The position numbers and the translations under genes are program-made. A stretch of DNA of 63,998 nucleotides, the filler included, from Reclinomonas americana ATCC 50394 (taxonomy: Eukaryota), in the NCBI GenBank assembly GCA_048213135.1. It is 9 parts of 4 records of this genome, joined end to end, with 100 filler letters (N's around TTAATTAATTAA, not from the genome) between each part and the next. Parts side by side here need not be neighbours in the genome. Positions count along the whole stretch, not along the records: positions 20,192 to 33,287 come from PS015115.1; positions 33,388 to 39,195 come from PS015115.1; 7 more parts are not named here. One strand, written 5' to 3'. A model generated the notes under the pieces. That model was not told the origin of the DNA and searched no databases. It saw only the letters and a program-made list of their open reading frames with translations. The stretch's first letter is position 1, and each line of letters begins with the position of its first letter. Positions 25,401 through 37,391 of the stretch are shown in pieces.

Positions 25401-27976
25401 CACCACATAAACACAAATATAGACCGTCACCCGCTCACCTCAAAGTCCTCAAAGTGCACGTACAGCCCGCTGCGAACATTGTTGCGCAGCGTGTAAAAGT
25501 CCATCGGCTTGCGAATGATCTTGCTGTAGCCCGGTGCAATGTCGTCGGTGACTGGCATTTCGAACCACTGGTGTGTGTCCTTGCGCGCCAGCTTGTCGAC
25601 CAGCGCCAGCATCTGCGACTGGAACGACTCTGGCACTTGCTGCACGTATCGTGCGCGCTTCGCTTCCGACATGGGGAAGGCGAGGGCGACGACCTCCTTC
25701 TTGCTTACGCTCACACGGCGCGGCGCGGGAGCTGCGAGCGGCGACTCGCTCGCCATTGCCGACGGTGTGGTAGTGGTGACACTCGTGCTGCCGCGGTTCG
25801 ATGGCACAGGCGTGCCGCCCACGGACTGCCGGCTGCCCGATTTCCGCGACGACGCGTCCTTGCCGACCGACGCAGGGGTTGCGACGGTTGTCGCCGACAA
25901 TGGTTCCCCGGCTGCAGAGCGATTTGTACAGGATGAATGAAGGGCAGGCATGGTTGTTAAAGGAGAGCGTGCACATAACACACCTCGAGCGGCCTTTAGC
26001 AACTTGAGAGCCTCGTTACGCAGACGCTGTGCCTCCTGTGCAAAGATGCTGGAGGGCGGGTTGAAGACGGAGGCGTTGTCAAAGATCAACATGAGTGGTT
26101 CCTACACATCCCCAGCGACACCATGTGAGTCGATTTTATGTCATAAGACTCTTCACACTCACAGACCACACACCTCAAACTCCTCCAGCGTGTTAAAGTG
26201 ACCGGCTTCAACATTGGAGCGCAGCGTGCTCAGATCCATTGGTCTCGTGATGACTTCGTAGTACGTCGGCACGGCGACCGGGTCCACCGGTGCGACAAAC
26301 ACTTGATATTCGTCCAATCTGCACCCAGCATGGTCAGCAACAACCATCGGAGAGACGAAAGGCGTCGCCCACGCAACTTGACAAGACGGTCCACAATGCT
26401 GGTCATGGTGGTCAGCACGGTGCGACTTGCCAGCGACAAGCGTGCAGCTGCAGTGACGTGAGCGCGTCAGTCGATCAATAGAACCGTACCAAAAAAACCC
26501 AACAACATCGGTACGAAACATCCGCGACCAGCATTGCGTGACGGCGGCTGTGGTGGCGTGATGAGCTGCGCCTCGCCACCGCCGGCTGATGGTGCCGGCG
26601 ATTGTGGATCAACATCCATTCCCTGCACCTCATCCGCAGCCGATGCCTTCTTCTTCTTCTTCTTGTCGCTGCGGCCGGCACTCCGCGGCATTGCACCGGC
26701 GTGCCCATTCCCGTCCTCCGACTCGGCCACCTTCAACGACACCGACAAGCGCGGTAACCGCAGCAGGGTCGGACTCGACGGCGACGCGCCGGCATCCTCA
26801 GCTGCGACGCCGCCTGCAGACCCCGCCGCCTTCGACTGCTTCTTCTTCTTGTTGTTGCTGCTCTTGGGCACGATGCCGTCGTCGTCCTCGTCCGCAAAGA
26901 GCCGTACCGCGGGAGTGGACGGCGTACTCGGTCCCTTCTTCTTCTTCTTCTTGGACGACGAGGCTGCCGGCCGTACGAAGGGAACGAACGGAATGGTGCC
27001 GCGGGGACCCGGGTCCACACTGCCCAGTCCGTGCGAGTCCACGAATGCCGAGATCGTGTCGTTGCATTCGCGCGCAATGTCGTGAAAGATGGATTTCGGC
27101 GCGTTGTACCTCATGGCGTTCACAAACACGAGACGCAGTTCGCCCTGCGCCAAGAGGAGAATGCGAGTGAGAATAAGGAGAGAGAGAGAAGGAGGAAAGG
27201 GAGAGGTTAAGACGCACCAGGAATTCCGACCAGGACGAATAACGCTGGCCGATACGACTCTCCACCTCCGACACCGAGATCGGCTGCTGCACGACATCCA
27301 AGTAGTTCGGCAGCATCTCCACCAGCACTGGCGGATAGTAGACCCCTTCTGGATCCAACGCCACCATCTGCTGAATCAACTCGTGCATCAGCTTCTGATC
27401 GCCGGCCGACAACGAGCCGTCATCTGCGGGAAGCACAGGCGTCGACGTCGGGTGGACGATAGGCCGCCGCGATGTGGGCGGTGGCGTCGACAACGACTGC
27501 ACCGCAGCCGGCGCACTCTTCGACGAGGACTTGCCAGCCGACGCGACACCCCCAATCGTCTTGGTCTTCTTGCGCCTGCCGAGTCGCCGATGCACAGTGA
27601 GCGCATAAACGATAGCAGTGAGCCATAACACACAGAAGAGAACACGCAACGGTCGCGCCGTCGAGCCCGGCGATCCCAATTGCATCATCGCCAAGGCCGC
27701 TGCATCGTCGATACTCGATCTGCGCACACGCCACGCCGTCAGTCAACTCTCTCTCTCAGTCTCCACTGCGCCACAGGCTCGAGAGACAGACCCTGGTCGC
27801 TTCTTGGCCGGAGGCTCATCGTTGTCACCGTTGCTCCACTGCTCGTGCGGCGGTGGCGACGACGACGATGAAAGCGAGTTGTCCTCAGAGGCAGCAGCGC
27901 GTTTGCCCAGCACAGGTGGCGGGACAACCAACGCACTCGCCGCAGCCTCTGCTGGCGGTCGCTTCCTGCTCGACAT
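22477..27976 (-). CDS. Multi-bromodomain chromatin protein (five bromodomains)
   Basis: Five units with the P..Y..+I..P.D....+ ... L+F.NA..YN pattern at ~27390-27050, 26420-25990, 25620-25250, 25000-24560 and 24120-23720. The N-terminus MSSRKRPP and poly-Lys tracts are NLS-like. Confidence 0.9.
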
Positions 27977-28400
27977 GCTCTGCGTGGACAAGTGAGAGAC
28001 AACTCGCTTGCTTGCGTTTGTGTGTGTGGGGCAAGTGTTGACATGGCCATTACGCACGCACACACAACGCGCGCACGCGCATTCTCCACTCACATCGACA
28101 CACGTCTACACATGCGACTCGACACTGCGACACACAACGAGCAATTGCATTTTTCTTTCTCTTGCGACACTGCGAATTTGTTTCCATCTTCCCGCCACTC
28201 TCTCTTCACACACAAGAAATCATCAATTGCTCATTCTGTCAGTGTGCCTGTGTGCACGCGCGTCTCTCTCTTCTCTCTGTGTGTACATGCACACAAGCAC
28301 GCGTGATCTCACCTCGTCTGAGCGCCCACCACCAAAGTGTGATTCGCTTGATTGGAGTGAACGATGAAAACGCCGATACTTTTTTCTTCTTTAGAGAGAC

Positions 28401-28791
28401 ATGGACGCGCAACGACAAGCGTCGGCGATGGAGAGCGTGCAGGCGCGCGGCTCTGAGGAAGTGTTGATGGACGAGCAAAGAGTGGCGGCGGTAAGTGTGC
28501 GCGTGAGATGACATGTCGCGCTCTCTGTCTCTTTGCTCACTCTGCTCAGGCCATGGCGGATCTCGGTGAACCGAGGGAGGATGCAGGGCGGTGAGTCAAG
28601 AAGGTGTTGCTGTGTGTGTCATACATACTCTCTGACACACACAGTCACACAGGGAACGAGTGCGAGTGTCGCGTGAGGATGTGACACTGGTGGCGACGGT
28701 GCTGGACTTGGAGCGCAGTGAGGCCAAGAAGGCACTGAAAAAGTGCGATGGAAACGTGGAAAGGGCACTGGCGATGCTGGTGTGCCAGTGA
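28401..28791 (+). CDS. HYPK: HYPK-like protein (NAC-alpha-type UBA domain), 3 exons; absent from the ORF track
   Basis: Spliced product MDAQRQASAMESVQARGSEEVLMDEQRVAA/AMADLGEPREDAGR/ERVRVSREDVTLVATVLDLERSEAKKALKKCDGNVERALAMLVCQ*. Both introns are GT-AG and in frame. Confidence 0.8.
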
Positions 28792-28818
28792 ACACAAATC
28801 GAATGCATTTTTTTTTGC

Positions 28819-30118
28819 TCACACCATGATCTCCTTGGCCGGCTCACGCATGTTGTAGTGGGAGCTCATGGAGCGACCGTAGGCACCGGCGTTGCCAATG
28901 ACGATAATGTCGTCGGGTTGCGTGGCGGGGAGACAGCGATCGAGGCCGAGAATGTCGCCGGTCTCGCAGATTGGCCCGACCACATCGCAGTGTTGCCACT
29001 CGCAGGGGGCGTCCACGCGCGTCAGGTTGACAATCGGGTGGTAGGCCTCGTACTGCGCACCCCTATCTGTGTGAGCAGCAGCATAATCTCGGCCACTGTG
29101 GAGGCGAGCTCACCAGTGCGGGTCGGATCAGCGAGTTCATGCCCGTGTCGACGCCGACGTAGTGGTGACCCTCGCCCTTGTGCTTGCACTGCGTGACGCG
29201 AGTGACGAGGATACCGGCCTGTGCGATGAGGAATCGCCCCGGCTCCATCCACAGCTGTATCGAGTCGATGCCGGCGGCGGCGACCGCCTCGGACACTGCG
29301 GCGGCTNNNNNNNNNNNNNNNNNNNNNNNNNNNNNNNNNNNNNNNNNNNNNNNNNNNNNNNNNNNNNNNNNNNNNNNNNNNNNNNNNNNNNNNNNNNNNN
29401 NNNNNNNNNNNNNNNNNNNNNNNNNNNNNNNNNNNNNNNNNNNNNNNNNNNNNNNNNNNNNNNNNNNNNNNNNNNNNNNNNNNNNNNNNNNNNNNNNNNN
29501 NNNNNNNNNNNNNNNNNNNNNNNNNNNNNNNNNNNNNNNNNNNNNNNNNNNNNNNNNNNNNNNNNNNNNNNNNNNNNNNNNNNNNNNNNNNNNNNNNNNN
29601 NNNNNNNNNNNNNNNNNNNNNAAACTGCTGCATGACGAACCGCACCTCCTCTGCACAAGCGTCATGCACCTGACAAGACGGTCTGACAACTTTCCCCCCG
29701 ACGTCGACGGACTCACCAATGCTGACACACTCAAATCCAATGCCCTCTCGCCGCACAATTTCCAGCACCTGCACGTTCTCATTGGCCTTGATGGCGTACC
29801 ACACACGCGCCAGTGGACCTCCATTCTCCGCGAGCAACGACTCGCGTAGCTCACGCGCTCTCTCGCGCACCGAGTCCCCATGATACACATACAGTGGCGA
29901 CCCGTGTGCCTCCACTGCAGATCGCACCACGTCCGCGTGCGGAATCCACCACCATGAAGGATCAAGCCTGACGAGACAGAGAGAGAGAGAGAGTAAATGA
30001 GTGCGTTTTTTTCTTCTTGCCTCTCTGTCTCGTTTTCTCGCTTTCTCACGTTTGCAGCTGGCCAAGACCGCTCTCTGCACTCATCGCGATCAAAGTGTGA
30101 GTTTTGCAAGTTGGACAT
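28819..30118 (-). CDS. lysA: Diaminopimelate decarboxylase (PLP fold III), with an internal N gap
   Basis: SPLYVY, YAIKAN (PLP lysine), FECVSIG, MEPGRFLIAQAG, DTGMNSLIRPALY, VVGPICETGD, GAYGRSMSSHYN. Confidence 0.93.
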
Positions 30119-30197
30119 TCGGCATGACGTCAGCTTCCCGCGCGCGGTGGATTGTCCGGGGTTGCTCTTCTTCTCACTTTTGTGTTTGCGACTTCAA

Positions 30198-33100
30198 ATG
30201 GGCGACCGCGAGGAGTGGTTGCGTGAGTTGGCGGCGAAGAAGCGCCTGAAGCAGGGAAAGGTTTGCGTGGCTCATGCGCGCGCTCTCTCTCTCTCTCTGT
30301 GTACGTGTGTTGCTCAGTCGTTGTGTGCAGGGGCGTGATGAGGAGGAGGATGAGGAGGTGGAGGATGAAGAGGAGGAGGGTGGAGATGAGGGCGACTATG
30401 ATGTGGGTGTGTTCCGGCAACGTAGTCGTCGCTCCAAGGGCAAGAAGAGCGCGCCTCGGCGGCGGCCGCAACCGGAAGAGGACGAGGATGAGGATGAGGA
30501 CATGGACGGGTTCATTGTCGACGAGGGTGCGTGTGTGTGAGTGTGTTGGCAAGTGAGTGCGTTGGAGTGATGCTGAGCGTGCGTATGCGATAGACGGCAA
30601 TCGGGTGGAGATGGAGGACGACTTTTACGACGAGTACAGTTCGGATGAAGGACCCGGTGCGGGCGAGGAGGATGGTGAGTGGCACAGAATGCTCCAGTGG
30701 AGACAGTGAGCCGAGGACTGACTTCGCTGTGTAGGCGAGCAAAAGGAGAAGAAGCCGCGCAAGCCGCGACGGAGGAGGGCTGAGCTGGACCCGCGCAGTT
30801 TCAGCTACTTTCTCGGTTCGTGATTGCGTCGCTCGCCCCCCGTGTTTCTCTCCTCTTTCTCATCATTCCTCGCAGGTGGCAACAAGGGCAGTGCCTCCGG
30901 TGTGGGCGGTCTGTCGGCACTGGTTCCGACGGCGACAGAGATCCCCAAGATGCCGTCGGCTGGTGCGGCGGCGGCGGCTGCAGCGGCCGCGTTGGCCAAT
31001 GGTGGGTCGACGGCCGGTGGCGACGATGCCGATGCGCTGCTCGAGTCGCTGCTGTCGGAGATTGACGATCGACCGGCGCCTCTCGTCTCCGCCATTCCCA
31101 TGAAGTCGATTCTGCCGACTGCTGTCGCACCCGCGCAGTTGGTGCCGACAGTGCCGGTGTTCAAGCGACCGGCCGCGCCGACTGCCGCCACAGCAGCCAC
31201 CACTGCGAGTTCGGCAGACGAGTTCCCGTGCGAGGACGACGATGGTGACGACGTGATGATGGATCCGAGTGTGTTGCAAAAGTTGCAAGAGGCCGCTCAG
31301 CAACGCAAATCCGCTCCTCCCACCCTGGCGTCCACGCTGGCCGAGGTAATTTTTCCTCCCTTGTGTTTTATTTTGCCACGATCGGTGTCTCACCCGTTGC
31401 TCGTCACAGGCTGCGGCCGAGGCGGCTGCCGCCGCCGCCGCCGCCGCTGGCTCTGCCGACAAGAAGCCGGTGGTGGACACGTCCAAGACCGGCGATTGGT
31501 TCGACATTGCACGCGGCGTGCTGCCGTCGGACGAGGATGGTGGCAGCTCGTCGAGCTCGCCGCCCGTGGTCGGTGAGTGCGCGCACGGTGTGCACCACCA
31601 TGTTTATCATGCACGCGCTCACAACAACGCACTCGCACAGCCACGATCATGAGTGACGACGGCGCACAGTTGCCAGTGGCCGACGACGGCTCCCTGTCAC
31701 TCTTCTTCTTTGATGCGTACGAGTACGAGCGCAATGCGTCGTGCGTGTACCTCTTTTGCAAGGCACAGGTGGCGCCCAACAAGTACGCCAGGTGGGCATG
31801 CAAAGCAGCTCTTCCCCGTCGCTGCCCCTTGCACTGATCACGTGTGTGTTGTTTGTGTGCGTGCCGCACGCAGTGTGTGTCTGGTCGTCGACAACATTCC
31901 GCGCGAGCTATTCTTCTTGCCACGCGAGTTTGCGCACGACATTCGCGGCAACGAGCTCGACTTCCATCCCTCTGCGGACGACGTCATGGAGGAGGTGGTG
32001 TCGGTCATGGTCGAGCAGGTGCGTGCGCGCAATGTGCGCATGAAGCCCGTCAAGCGCCGCTACGCGTTCGAGCTCGAAGATGTGCCGCGCCACAATCACG
32101 AGTACATCAAGGTGATCTACAGCAGCAATGGTGAGTGCAACCGTCGACGCCTATATTGCAGAACCCATCACCAACCTCCTCGATCGTGCCACACAGAGCC
32201 GGCCTTCCCGGAGGACCTGTGCTCCGGCCGCACGTACTCGCACGTGTTTGGTCGCACGTCGTCGTCGCTGGAGCGCCTGCTGTTGAAGCGCCGACTGCAC
32301 GGCCCGTGCTGGATCCGCGTGCGGAACTTTGCACCGGTCGACGGCGTGCCAGTGTCGCACTCGCGCTTCGAGTTGTCGATCAACGACCCCAAGTCGATCA
32401 GCCTCGATGCGAAACCGCCGCTGCCGAACGGCGAAGGACCGCCAATGTCGTTGATGTCGCTGTCGCTCAAGACCTACCTCAACGAGACCACCAACCAGCG
32501 CGAAATCATCGTGGCCAGTGCCATTTTCCACCCGGCGGTCAGCGCCGATGGACCCACGGTCAACTGGGAGCGCGGCATCACCTCGTTCACCGCCGTCCGC
32601 CGCCTCGGCAACGCCGTCTTCCCCTTCGGCTTCCCCCCACGGCAGCCGGGCAGCGGTGCCTCCAACAGCCGCTCCGTGATCGAACCGACGACCAATGAGC
32701 GCGACTTGCTGCTGATGCTCATGGGACGCATTCAGAACCTCGATCCCGACGTCATTGTGGGCCACAACTTCATCGGCTTCGATCTCGACGTGCTGCTGCA
32801 TCGGTGCAAGGCGCTAAAGGTGCCCGGGTGGCACAAGATTGGCCGACTGAAGCGCAAGGAGTTGCGTGCGTTACGTGCGCCTTGCTCTTGTCGTGCCGTC
32901 TCACTCTGCCTTGCGCAGGTTCCCCAAGCTGCAGACTGGCGCCGGTGGCACGCGTGAGTCGACGTGGGCCGAGAAGGCCGTGACCAGCGGTCGTCTCGTG
33001 CTCGACACATACCTGGCTGCGCGAGTGCGTGCTGATTTGCATGCACGCGCAACTCTGTTGATCCTCCCTCACTCGTGCGTGCCATTTTCTCTCGCAGGAA

Positions 33101-35144
33101 CATTTGCGCGAAAAGTCGTACAGCATGAACGAGCTGGCAGTGACGCAACTCGGCACCACGCGACAGGTTTGCGCTTCGTCGTCCGACCACTGTTGGTGGT
33201 TGTCGACACTCACCCTTTCTGGCAGATTATCGAGAGCGACCTGCCGACGTACGAGGCGTACTACGGCTCCGCCAAGGGCCTCACGTANNNNNNNNNNNNN
33301 NNNNNNNNNNNNNNNNNNNNNNNNNNNNNNNTTAATTAATTAANNNNNNNNNNNNNNNNNNNNNNNNNNNNNNNNNNNNNNNNNNNNAAGGCTGCACTTC
33401 GGCGAAAGGCGAAACAATTGGCTGATGCTGACTGTGTCGCCCAGGTGGTGTACGGCGATACCGACTCGGTCATGATCAACACGCACACCACGGATCTGGC
33501 AGAGGCGCGCAAGATCGGCAACGAAGTGAAGAAGGAGGTCAACCAGCGGTACACACATCTGGAGATTGAGATTGACGGCATCTTCTCCCGCATGCTGCTG
33601 CTGCGCAAGAAGAAGTACGCCGCAGTGACGATTACGGAGATGCCGGACGGCACGCTGGTGGAGAAGAAGGAGGTCAAGGGTCTGGACATGGTCCGTCGCG
33701 ACTGGTGCCCGCTGTCGCAAATCATCTCCAAGTTCCGTTGCTCTCTTCCCGCACATGCGTCGCGCATCGCGGCAGCGATGAACTGATTGTCATTGTTGTT
33801 TTTGTTTGCATCCCGCGCAGCAAAGTGCTGAGTGAGCTGCTGTCGAAGAAGCCACGAGAGGAGGTGGTGTCGAACATTCATCGCCTGCTGCGCGAGCTCG
33901 GTGAGCAGCTGCGGTCGCCCGTGGTGACGGTGCCGCTGGAACAATTTGTCATCTCCAAGAGTCTCACCAAGGTCAGCATGCTCACTTCATCCTTCGTTCG
34001 CACCCATGGGAGACGACATAACAATCTTGATTGCAGGCGGTCGACGACTACCCGGACGGCAAGAATCTGCCGCACGTGCAGGTGGCGAAGCGCATGCTGG
34101 CCAAGAACGTGCCGGTGCACGTCGGTCTGCGCATTCCGTACGTGGTGTGCATGGCGCCGACGCCGAACACACCGATTGCCGATCGCTCCTTCCACCCGGA
34201 GGAGGTGGTCGGACAGCACACAGTGGACTATGAATGGTGCGGCGTGCAGCACAGAGTCATTTCCTCTTGGGAGAATCACTCACGGGTGGTGCACGCAGGT
34301 ACCTGGCACAACAAGTGTATCCGCCCGTGGAGCGCCTGTGTGGCCCGATTGAGGGCACCGACAGCGCGCTGCTGGCCGAGTACCTCGGCTTGCCGTCTAC
34401 CGTGCACGCCTCGTCGACGACCGGTCGTGACGAGTATGCCTACGATCCACTGGCCGCACCGGCGGAGCGGTACCGGCGATGCAAGCCGCTGGAGGTGCGC
34501 TGGAATGGCTCGGTGCACCCGATCAAGGGTGTATTGCAGGAGCAAATGGACTCGGATCCGGTGCGTTTGGTGTTGTTGTTGCCAGGAATGGGAGATGTGC
34601 AGGACTTCTCACCTGCGGCACACCGCAGCTCGAATCGCCGTGCGTGCTGAAGGGCATTCCATTCGCGCCGATCGCCAACCAAATCACTCGCATGGTGCGC
34701 GACCTGCTGCAAGAGTACTACCGCTGCGTGGTGTATTCGGCCACGCCCGGCAACGAGGAGAAGACCGAGACGCGACAGCTGTCGCTGGCCGATTTCCGTC
34801 ACCGCAAGCCGGAGGTGAAGCGGTGCGTGACTGACACGGATGTGGCGCTGCAGCTGGAATACCTGCGGCATCTGTTCGACGCCACCGCTGCCGAGCGCCA
34901 CATGCAAGAGACGGCGGCAGGGCGGAGACCAGGCGCCAAGGGCACTTTCCGGCCGCCGACGGACGCCGACGAGCTCAAGAGGCTGCGCGAGTTTGTGACG
35001 GGCTACATTGAGAAGAGTGAGCGACAGCGTGTGCAAATGAGCTCGCTCTTCTCCATGTTTACCCCCAAGACCGCCTCAACAACGACGACCACCACAACGG
35101 CAACAGCAGTTGCCGCCACCGGAGGCGCGTCTTCGTCGCGATAG
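30198..35144 (+). CDS. POLA1: DNA polymerase alpha catalytic subunit; central part missing in the spacer
   Basis: N-terminal DGFIVDE motif, FFFDAYE, VKRRYAFE, LERLLLKRRLHGPCW, DPDVIVGHN..GFDLDVLLHR, GRLVLDTY, VVYGDTDSVMIN, LLLRKKKYAA, KGLDMVRRDWC, YLAQQVYPPVERLC, QLEYLRHLFD. Confidence 0.97.
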
Positions 35145-35230
35145 TACACGCGCACGAACACGCCACACGAGACATGGCAAATACACAATGATTCATTAAC
35201 AAACAATTGGTTATTGACGATTATTGCCTG

Positions 35231-37317
35231 TCACGCGATTGACAAGTGCTGACCGCGCAGATTCAAGCTGACGAGCTCAAGCACGGTCTCGAGGAGGGCG
35301 TACCTGCCGTGCAGGGTGCTGTCCACGGGCACCACCGTCTGCAGTCGTCGCACAATCGACAGCAGCAACTGCAATTGTGATCGGTCGCGATTCTCCAGCA
35401 GCTTGCGTTGAATGGCCGCCTGCAGTGCGTCCGGCACGTTGGTGTATGTGAGGTCTGAGTGGGGTAGGAGAGGCATACACGGAATGTCAGCGGAGGGCAG
35501 GATGAATGAGTGCGGTATCGGCAACCAACAGCACGCACCGACGGCACGCAGCAGCGAATTATTATTGAGGATCTCCACGAGCCGCTCCAGCGCCGTGCGA
35601 TGCACTCGAATGCCACGCAGTGACAGGATGCGCAACGACGGGTGGTGCTCCATCGCATCGAGTACCACCACCAGCTCGTCACCAACCTCGCACCCTGCGT
35701 AGAAATGGAATAAACTCGAGGGAGGGGGAAGAGAGAAACCATACAACAGTGCATGACTGACCTTCCAGCGACAGCGTCTGCACGGAGCGATTGTCGGCCA
35801 GGCCGGCAGCGAATCCGTGAATGCCGTCGCGAATGTTGAACATGTCTGCAGTGATGACAACGTTGAGCGGAACATCAACGTGCTGGCATGTGATCCTGTT
35901 GCACACCTTGCAAGTCCACTGTGGTGAGCGATCTGGTACACCGCAGCACGGGAGCAAGGATGCCCAGCTCCAGTCCGGTGAGTCGACGTACTGCCACGAG
36001 AACATCAGTCATTGTGTGTGCGAGTCGCGGAGACACGATACAAGTACCTCGCGAGAAGAGCGACGTCTCGGCGTTGCGAGCGATGCGTCCGAACGGGTAT
36101 CCGTTGAGTTGATCGAGAGTGGGGTGATGCGCACACACTTCACCGAGACGCTCATAGGCCTCGAACGAGAAGGTGTTGTCGCGCACTGACACGGAGATCA
36201 GCCGACGCGCATGCATGCACCGCACCAAGGACTCGATTGACGCGTCGGTCATGCCCGTGGCTTGCAACATCAGCACATCGACTGCACTGCGTGGATTCGT
36301 CGCCAGCGCGTCGCAGATGAACTGCACGCCCTGGTCACCAATTGGGTTCTCTGCTCGCCGATCGTGCAGTGAGCAACAGTGCGGGGAGAGAGTGAGAGAG
36401 ACAGCGTTGCTCACTGTTGACATTGAGGAGTCTGAGGGTCGTGTTGAAATGCAGGCCTGCGACAGTAGAAAGTGAGATGGGCGTCATAACACAAGCAGTA
36501 GCAGCATCGTGGCGCACCAGCGGCCAGCAGACGGGCCGCATCCGCCGTCAGACCACACGTATTGAGCACGATTCTCCGCAGGTGCCGACTGTCGACCAAC
36601 ATGCGTGCGACCTGCCACGCCACCGCCTCCGAGGCCAAGCTCGTCTCTGCCCACACGACGATCAACAGCGAAACAGAGAGAGAGAGAAAGAGAGACACGG
36701 AGAGCACGCAACGAGCCAACGACACTTCATACACCCGTCCGTGCGCCAACACCGCCTGACAGAACTGCTCCATGCGCTGCGGCTCACTGTCGAAGAAGTC
36801 GCCGTGATCTGCGACACCAAGTCAGTCACACTCGTTCTCTTCTTCCCTCCCTCTCCCTCTCTCTATCTATCTATCTACTCTCTCTCTCTCTCCCTTTCCT
36901 CTCTCGTCGTCTTCCTACTCTCTCTCTCCTCCCTCGTCTCCTCCTCTCTCTCTCTCTCTCTCTTCTCTCCCCTTCTCTCCCCTTCTCTCCTTCTCACCCA
37001 CCTCCCATATCCACCACTCGCACTTGCGGCGACTGCAACAACGCCATGCCCAGCTCCTCCCAATGCCTCCCTCGCCGCATCCACAGCCCCGACAACGCAT
37101 GCGGCACACGCAACAGATACTTGGTGGTCTCCGCCTCCACCTCGCCCTCGTCCACATTATCACTCGCCGCACCCGCGTTCAGTCGCACCAGCAACTCATC
37201 GCGAAGATCGTCCACTCCCAGCTCCTGATGCGCCGCATCATCACCTCCACTGTCATCACTGTGATGCAGATGATGACTGTGCGCGTCCACAGAGGCGCTG
37301 CTTGCCTTCGCGCCCAT
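35231..37317 (-). CDS. RNI-like leucine-rich repeat protein with a possible N-myristoylation start (MGAKAS)
   Basis: Repeats such as NTTLRLLNV, NPIGDQGVQFICDALATN, RSLTTVDL, GLADNRSVQTLSL, HPSLRILSLRG, NNSLLRAV across multiple exons. Confidence 0.85.
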
Positions 37318-37391
37318 CTTTTTTTTTTTGTTGTAGTGATTGATCCGATTGTCACCGACGTCCATCACGTCCATCATCGATCGCTCTTTGG

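Noticed and set aside
31653-35036. Long antisense ORFs overlapping POLA1 and other genes
   Set aside because: Expected shadow ORFs in GC-rich coding DNA, with no recognisable motifs.
30198-35144. Family B polymerase as a Polinton or giant-virus insertion
   Set aside because: It has Pol alpha-specific N- and C-terminal motifs and many spliceosomal introns, and no integrase, capsid or terminal repeats lie nearby.
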